Assembly (NCBI GenBank): GCA_949358305.1
Contig: OX442314.1
Span: 28,396,001-28,460,000 of the forward strand
DNA from: Strigamia acuminata
Taxonomy: Eukaryota
Length of the DNA: 64,000 bases
Direction: 5' to 3'
A program made the position numbers and the translations under genes. Below, in pieces: positions 56,091 to 64,000 of the stretch. The stretch's first letter is position 1. The number at the start of each line of letters is the position of its first letter. The notes beneath the pieces were generated by a model, which was not told the origin of the DNA, did no database searches, and saw only the letters and a program-made list of their open reading frames with translations.

Positions 56091-59000
56091 ACATGTAACA
56101 GGAATCCATTTTGAATTAGGGGGCTAGAAATAAATTTCCCCTTAATCCGGTCCTGATTGTGCTGCAAAAAATCACTTCAAGAAGGATAAATAGACAATCT
56201 AATTCGAAAATTGGATCTTGTGAATAAATAAAATGTAATTTAAATCATAAAATTTATTTTATCAAATCCTTCAAATCCACTTTTTTCAAGAGGATAAAAT
56301 TTATCATATCTGGCATGAATGACAACCGATGACATTTTCTTTTGAAACAACCAACAGTGTTGTTCTTTCATTTACTGGCTAAATCAGTGCCTCGCTAACT
56401 TAATCTTCATTATTAAACCAACTTCCTCGATAATCAAAGTACAATTAAATCTACTTAATGGTAAATCTCTTTCTGATTTCTAATTTATACTGGCAATTTT
56501 TTCTTCTTGTATTTGCTCGGATGATAATGAAGATCTATCGCATGCTGAAAACAATACAAACAGGTCAATTTGAATCAAGAGCTGGGTGTCCTTGGTTAAA
56601 CTGTTCAGTGGTTTCTAAACTGGGCAAAAAAAAAATGAAATAAAAAAAATAAACTTTTCAACTTTATCCAGTAGACAGACATACAAAAAACTCAAGATTT
56701 TTAGCTCTGATTGTAGTTTGCTTTGGAAATTGATATTATTAAATTAGAAATATCAAAAACCAAACATAAAACTTAAAGTTTTTCACTCAAAAAATGGTTA
56801 AAATCATAAAGATAAACATCAAAATCCTATAGTCCCATAATTCTACTAAAATTAATGCCACAACCAACCCCCATATCTTTTATTTTATAACAATTTTTAC
56901 AACCCTGAAAACTAAACCCTATTTATATTGGCATTGCAAGAAATAAATGAAATTGGAATAATAATAAAAAAAAAAAAATCCATAAGACTTTATTTCAGAA
57001 AAATCTTCTTTGCAAAATCTGAAATTGCATGACAAATAATCCTTTTTCCAATTAGGAAATAGAAAACTTTTTATTTTTAAATTTATATATATATAAAAAA
57101 AAATAAAAAATAAAAAAAAGAGTTTTTCTTTGATGACAGAGGAATCAAAGGACCTCAAGAAAATGATTTGGCTTTTTCAAGCCCCCCTGCAGGGGGCAAG
57201 GAGGCCATTTGTCCTTCACATAAAGGAGGGGGATGCAAACAAGGAGGATCCAGGAACAAGAGGTCAAGAACCAATTAAAGATAGAGCAAGAAAATGTACA
57301 TCATCTTCAAGAACTCATTTTTCTTGTGTGTTGGTTCCCACTGGTATTGACTTTGTGTTTAAATTTAATGTTTTGGATGTTTGTCTTTAATTTACATTCA
57401 CTTTGAATTAATAAAATTCTAGTTTCTTACATTATTTAGTCAATTTTTGAAAATTTTTTAGTCTAAAAGAATATTTTCCCCATGAAACAATCAATGAATT
57501 GTCAACATTTCAACAATCACTGCCACCACCATTATGCCACACCTCAAAACACTTTACAAAAATTAAATAATAATAATAATTGTAATTAAAAATGTTAATG
57601 GCACTACAATGCACAAAACATAACATTTAAAAAAATTACTGCTAATTATTTATTCATCAATCTGCATTGTTGCCAAATTAGTCCTCAGTTAATTACACTA
57701 CAATTTGTCAATACAACTATTTCTGTTACACACACATCATTCAGTGGGAATTTGTCTTTCCATTTACTTGCACAATCCAGATCTCATTTTCTCAAATCTG
57801 ACAAACAATTATTCTTGTTTAAGTAGGATAGAATGGGAGGGTTTGTGAATTGAACTGACTGATGGAATAGCTGGAGTGGGTGTCACACTCACTTAATTTC
57901 AAAAAAAGACACAAACCCTAATGAAGCAGGAGCAAAGCAGTTTGTAATTAGTGTCACATTCCACTTATCCTCACAATCAACAGCACAAATAGCTTTAAAT
58001 TTCAACTCTACTATCAAACCATTGACAAATTAGTACCAACAATTGCAATCAAACTAAGAAAAGGTGTGCCTATAATGACAATCACTTATGACTTAGCAGT
58101 TTCCTGGGTGTGATAAAAGCTACATCATCAAAGAGATGGATAACAGCTCGATAAGGCTTTGTGTGATGACTTCATTTTGAAAAATCCATGCTAAGAATGA
58201 AGGATGGAATTAATAGCATGATTAGACAAGCATTGCCAGTAATATTTATCCCAAATCATGTTGTATGTTGTCTTTTATACGCGAACAGCGTGATGCCGCT
58301 CAAACAAAGCCGATAGCGCTAAAACCAGTATATAAATTATCAATTACTTATGTTTTCTACGCTTATTTCTAAAATTGGATTCATATTTTCACCAAATTTA
58401 TAATATTATTAATTTTTGGGATGAGATATGCGTAAAAATTGATTTAGAGCGAGACCTGAGGCGGCCATTTTGAATGTGCGCGAAATACGAGTGTATAAAT
58501 TCAGTTTGCGCAGATTAAACATCGTCTCCAATAATTTCCGAGTGAATAATAACAAAATTGATTTTATTGATCATCAAAAACATTTCCCCACTCCAAGTCT
58601 TACATCTTTAAATGATGTTTAATAAACAGTTTGCAACCAATATCCATTATGAAAGCCGTTAAAGAATCGAAAGAAAATTTTTATGCCTGCACTTGGTAAT
58701 TATGTAAAGATTAAAAACAAGCAAGAAAGGTTATTGTATAATGAATTTGATTTTTTTTTTAAAAATCATTATTATTTTACCTGCAGCTAAAATGTACAAT
58801 TAATTATGCAAGTTCTGCGAAAGTTTAAAGAAATTTTCAGGAAAAATTTTCATCAGTTCAAGCAGAAACTTCCACAAGATTCATCACAGCCAATGAGAAT
58901 GCAGTCTAATTGCAATATTGCAAACAAAATGCTCAACTGTGTTATTCAGGATTGGGCAGGGAGATGTTTAAACTATGAAGAAACTGTGGGGTTGGTTGAA

Positions 59001-61042
59001 AAATAATCTCATCCCTCCTTGTGTTGGTGGAGTGTCTTCAACAATATTTATTACTTAAGGGGGAACTAACAACTGGTATGTCATGTTGACTTTTCTTTAG
59101 TGTTTGTTACAACTCAACACATAACTGAATTAATATAAATGTTCATAAATGAAAAAGTTTAGTTTGTCATACTCTATTTTAATGAGGATAATGCCCTGGA
59201 TAATGGGGTTTTGGTGGTTCTGCTATGCTCAAAAACAGTAAAAGTCAACTTGTGTAAATAAAAATGTGACCAAAAATCTCACACCTTAATTGTCCCTCCC
59301 CTTTTCTTCTTTTTCTGCAATTATTTTTAATTTGTGGTTTATTTGGGAGAGTTTTGACATTTTTTCCACGACAAATAATAAAAGCGTGCTGAAGTTTATG
59401 TTTTTGCTGTTTTTAGTAACTGCACTCGTGAAGCGTGTTTAAAATTGAAATGAAACGTGTTTTGTTGTTTAAATGTTGTGCGCATACGATGAAAGCATCG
59501 ACGCAAACTCTCAGTCAAGCCGTTTAAATGTGGTGTTTAACACATTTAAACTGCTTGACTGAGGGTTTGCGTCGATGCTAGCTGCATTCAAAGACTAAAA
59601 CATTTTGTGTTTTACTTCAATTTTAAAACAAAAATGACATCATTTCCTGTTTAAACCCAAGTTAAAACTTAAAATACGCTCAAACTAAAATATAGTTGTT
59701 GACGATCGGTAGATAAAAACAAACAACGCTTCTTCTGGTTTCCAAGAAGATTCAATCCAATGGCTAACCCTAAGATAATATTGCCTATTGCTAATAAAAA
59801 CCTCTTTTTATAAATTATTATTATTATTAATATAATTATTATTAAAATTTAATTTTTTATAATTTTTAAGCTTGATAATGTCTGTTTTAAAATAACACTA
59901 TAAAATAACCAACCCATTATAAAAGTAAAAGAAAAAAAAGTAATCTAATTAAACCCAAATGAAATTGCGCAGACTTTAAAAATTCATTAAAAAAATCAAC
60001 AACACACCAACATTTTTTTTGCCCCCTCCTAAACCCATTTTCATTTTTTCCCCACTCCAATTTTCCCTTCCCACCTACTTTTTTTCCCAAACCTCTAACA
60101 TAAAATATCCATCCTGAGTACTTGCCTATTTGAGCGATATCTAAAATCCATAGTATAAACAACTCTCAAACACTCTTCTTTATTTCCCCATTATCTGCTA
60201 CTTGTCAACAAACAAGATGGCTGGCTAAGAGTGTGAATGTTTAATATGTGACGATGATTTATGGTGGCTTTTGTGATTAAAGAATGCAGTTTAATTGCTG
60301 AGATTTTATATATTTTTTTTCAAATTCTGTACTTGGCCTTAAAAGTGAATGCAAAATGTTTGATTTGTGAATTATTTATGACACTTTCAGTCACTTGCAG
60401 TTCTACTTGGTTACCCACTCATGCTCCAATAAGTTTGAGTAAAAGCAGTGGTGGGGAGAAAAGAGAAGAAAGAAAGAATAGTTGTGTCCACTCTGATGAA
60501 TCCAGGATTGGACACAGTCATCAGAAAAACCCCTAATTGAAGCTCCCCCTGTTATTGACAGAACCATTTCTAACCCCAAACTCCTGTGGGAAGTCTAAAA
60601 GGACCCAAACTGAATTTGGTTGTAATTAGCCAGGAAATCGTTTGCTGCCACTACTATTGCATTACAAAGACAAAGAAAACAAGAAAAAGCAATTGCACTT
60701 TGGTGTCGAATTAAGTGCTATCATCATTCAGATTAAAAGAGATTTTATTAATGCCTAATACTCAAAACAAATACATTTTATTCCGAATACTTCTATGACA
60801 ATATTTGTTGCTTTACAATCCTTAACAGGGATTCTTTGCGAAGAGTATCGTTAAAATGCAATTTAGACTAAAACAACATTTACAAACAAACAGTTTAACT
60901 GTTTAACTGTTGTTTATTATGTCTGGTTTCGCCTATTTGTATTTTAGTTAATGTATTTTATCGGTTTAGAGCCGCGGCTCTTATTCAAAACTGCCATTTT
61001 TGTTAGCAATTACAATTTCGGTTTTTCGTTTCTTACATTTGT

Positions 61043-61073
<31 letters not shown>

Positions 61074-61294
61074 TTTCAAACACTCCAATGGAGTAAAATT
61101 AATGTAACAAACAAAGTCTGAACGTCACGTACAGTCGTGGATAAGAAAAACTTCCCTTCAGTTTAGCCATTTTAATTTTATCTACCAGGTGGCATAAAAA
61201 TCCATTGAGATTCAATGACATTAATCTTGACCCGGTCTCTCGTCTTGCCCTAACAACAGTATTAAAGGATAGACCGGGCAAATAATGATAGTTA

Positions 61295-61823
61295 TAGAGA
61301 CCGGATAAATGGATAAATGCATGGAATATATTTATATTCAATACAAAAGCAAAATCTGCTATTAATGCATATTTTCCGAAAATCGGAAATAAATGCATAA
61401 ATTGCAGTTTTTATGATACGAAAGTGATATGTATCGTCTATCCGTGATATGTTTTGTAAACGTATCATATCAGTTAAGCCTTTTATATATGTATTTCATT
61501 TACAACAATGCCGAAAATTGTTAGTTTGAGATCGACACGGGAACAATTGAACTTGTATGTTAATGAAATTGATAAAAGCACATTACGAGTTGATTGTGAT
61601 TTCATTTTTATCCCAATTTAAGTCTGTGCTTACTGACAAGCAACGCAGTTTTACAACAGAACACTTAGCAATGACGCTGATTTGCTATTGCAATAAATAA
61701 TTTCACTGAAATAAATGGTTTTATTTTGCATATTTTCATTTTTTTTCCGCATAAAATGAAAATTTTAGTGCATATTTTATGTGCTTAAACCGAATTTTAT
61801 TTCACATATATATCCGATCTCTA
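61295..61823. mobile_element. hAT-like MITE nested inside another inverted-repeat element (~61135-61862); related end fragment at ~40350-40410
   Basis: TAGAGACCGGATA...TATCCGATCTCTA; outer arms AAAAACTTCCCTTCAGTTTAGC / GCTAAACTGAAGGGAAGTTTTT. No TSD seen. Confidence 0.55.
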
Positions 61824-63971
61824 AAACAGCTAAACTGAAGGGAAGTTTTTTTTGTCCACGACATCGTTCGTGAAGTTAACTACGGAAACAATACCGTACT
61901 TTTGCAAAAATACAATATTCTTGGTGTCTCAGCCGCGGCTACTATTCGAGGACGACTCTTAATCGGTAAAATACAGTATGTAGATATTTGTTTAAAACCC
62001 TTCTTCTTCCAGACAAAGATGTTTACCTCTTGAAGTTGAGCAATTCTCTTCCACTTGGCATTCCCAGCTTAAGGCTAGATAATATTGAGCTAGGTTAACT
62101 CAACTGAAATCTAGCCAAGCCTAGAATGTTGGTCTGTTTGCACTGATAACTGTAGGAAAAAATCCACTTACAGATGTCAGAAGAAAAAAGCATTGCAGTG
62201 CAACATGGACAAAGGGAGAGTACATAAACCTATAACCCAAAAAACAATTACAGTTTCAACTCTTGATACCTAGCACAGCCTGTAGTTAATGCATCTTTGA
62301 ACTAGTTGAAGCAAAACAAAGGAAACTCCCAGGGAATTTATCCAAACTGCAATAGTGAATGGAAGTAATGTCAACTGCAAACACCAGGCAGCTTATAAGC
62401 TGGCTCTATATCTAGATTGAGTATGCTCAGTGAAGTTGCCATCAGAACTGTCTAGTAAGACTTTCTGGAGAAATTGTAACCACTTTTGCTAATAGATTTA
62501 GGAGATGTGGCAAAATGACAACAATTTTCATCCAACAGACACTTGCAGTATTGTATCCAAAAATAAGAAATCATAACTTATGTTTTTTTTTCTTCTTTTT
62601 ATTGCATTCTTTATTTTTTTATTTATTTCAAATATTAAACTTGTTTTCAACTGCATCAACAGAAAATGTCAACATTTCTTAAACAATAATGTGTGTGTTT
62701 TTGCCCCTTGAAACTCGAGTTTCAGTGCACTCACACAAATGAAATTAACTTGTCATAGAAATGTAAGTAAAGGAAATGTGATGTTTCCAGAGTTGCAAGA
62801 AGAAGCTCCAAATTTGGACAATTCTTGCTCCAACAAACTGATCTTGTGACTAATTTTTATTGAATTGAAGCTCAGCAGAGTATAATTTCATCCAATTAGA
62901 ACTCTACTCAACCTTTCCCCTAATTTTCCTCACTATAGTAACTGCATTTCACAGTTTTCCCACTTCCAGTACGTCATCCAGAAAATAAATGTGCTTTAGT
63001 ATCAGTATCTATAATTCTGCAATCTTTTTTTATTTAGAAAAAGAAAAAAAAAATCTTCAGAAATTTTTTTTCGAAGATCATTGAAGAGAAAAAAAATACA
63101 TTTGAGCCAAAAACATCTTTGGAATTTAATGGCTTGAACAAAGTAACAACTCCCAAACTAGAATAAAAAAGGTTTAGAATTGTCATGTTGACAGATCCTG
63201 GTCCTCAGTGCAGAGAAAAACAAAAAAATCCACTTATAAAAGATTTAAAATGGACTTTTCGAAAAGCCGCCGCTTGTGACTTGTACCACACCACGACTAA
63301 CTTGTAGATGCATTAACTAGCCCACTTGCATCCACAACACTGTCATCTGCAAGATTAAAACCTAGATATAGATCCCTGGATGCAATTTACAAAAAAAAAA
63401 AAATAGGCCTAAAATCTATATGAAATTTGACCACATGTGTGAAAAATATTTATTTTTGCTTTTAGCTGGCTAATATCAATTTTCTTTGTTTTATGGAAAA
63501 ATTCTGCATAATTTTGAAGCTGGGATGTACATGCAATGGAAAAGTACAATATTTTGCTTGTAAATATGTGGTGAGGGTTCCATTTTTTGGAAAAAGGAGG
63601 AAAAAAATTCAAAATGAAGCAACGCTCAGTGAAGAAGACTTTTCCTGCTATTGATTTTCCCTTCTGTAAAGAGGATCTCTCTTTTTCCTCTCTCTGTGAA
63701 GGTACATGTCTCTTGTTATTCTTGAATGGTGATAAATGGAACTATTAAAATGCTGCATGGACAATTTGTTTTAAAGTGAAATTAATGCAGCTGACAGAGT
63801 AATGTAGTAGGCTAAATCTTTTTTGGTGGGCTGCAGTAATTATTACAAATTTGACTCCAATGCAGATAAACAAAAACTACAGAAATCTGTAATTAGTGAT
63901 GTAAATGTACTCTATTTTGCACACCGTACTAAATATAAATTGTAAATGTATTACATCTTTACGTTGAATTC

Positions 63972-64000
63972 TATACTCTTGTTCGACTCAAAAGAGTGGC
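63972..64000. mobile_element. Left TIR of a MITE of the 53854 family (cut by window end)
   Basis: TATACTCTTGTTCGACTCAAAAGAGTGGC. Confidence 0.7.

Overview
AT-rich, intron-containing metazoan (arthropod-like invertebrate) genomic DNA; every recognisable gene is on the minus strand. (1) 1-28.4 kb: two tandem copies of a divergent DEG/ENaC (pickpocket/ASIC-like) channel gene. The fuller copy (28171 down to 5765) appears to encode TWO channel subunits fused in one polypeptide: one 677-nt exon runs stop-free from the TM2 of subunit 1 into the TM1 of subunit 2. Its last exon is interrupted 8 nt in by a young 13.9-kb Ty3/Gypsy LTR retrotransposon (6212-20143, ATGG target-site duplication). That element has a duplicated tRNA-Gln PBS, a -1 gag/pol slippery site, an Asn-rich Gag, a non-env Cys-rich extra ORF and a duplicated, covarying RNA structure in the LTR. 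(2) 29.9-41.1 kb: a complete brahma/SMARCA2-4 gene whose larger introns each carry a different minisatellite. (3) 42.6-50 kb: a lipophorin/VLDL receptor gene lacking its 5' exon; 50-64 kb is non-coding, probably its intron. Solo LTRs, MITEs, a MULE-like element, LINE and DIRS fragments and a 5S-derived sequence are scattered throughout. All calls come from reading the sequence by eye; no database searches were run.
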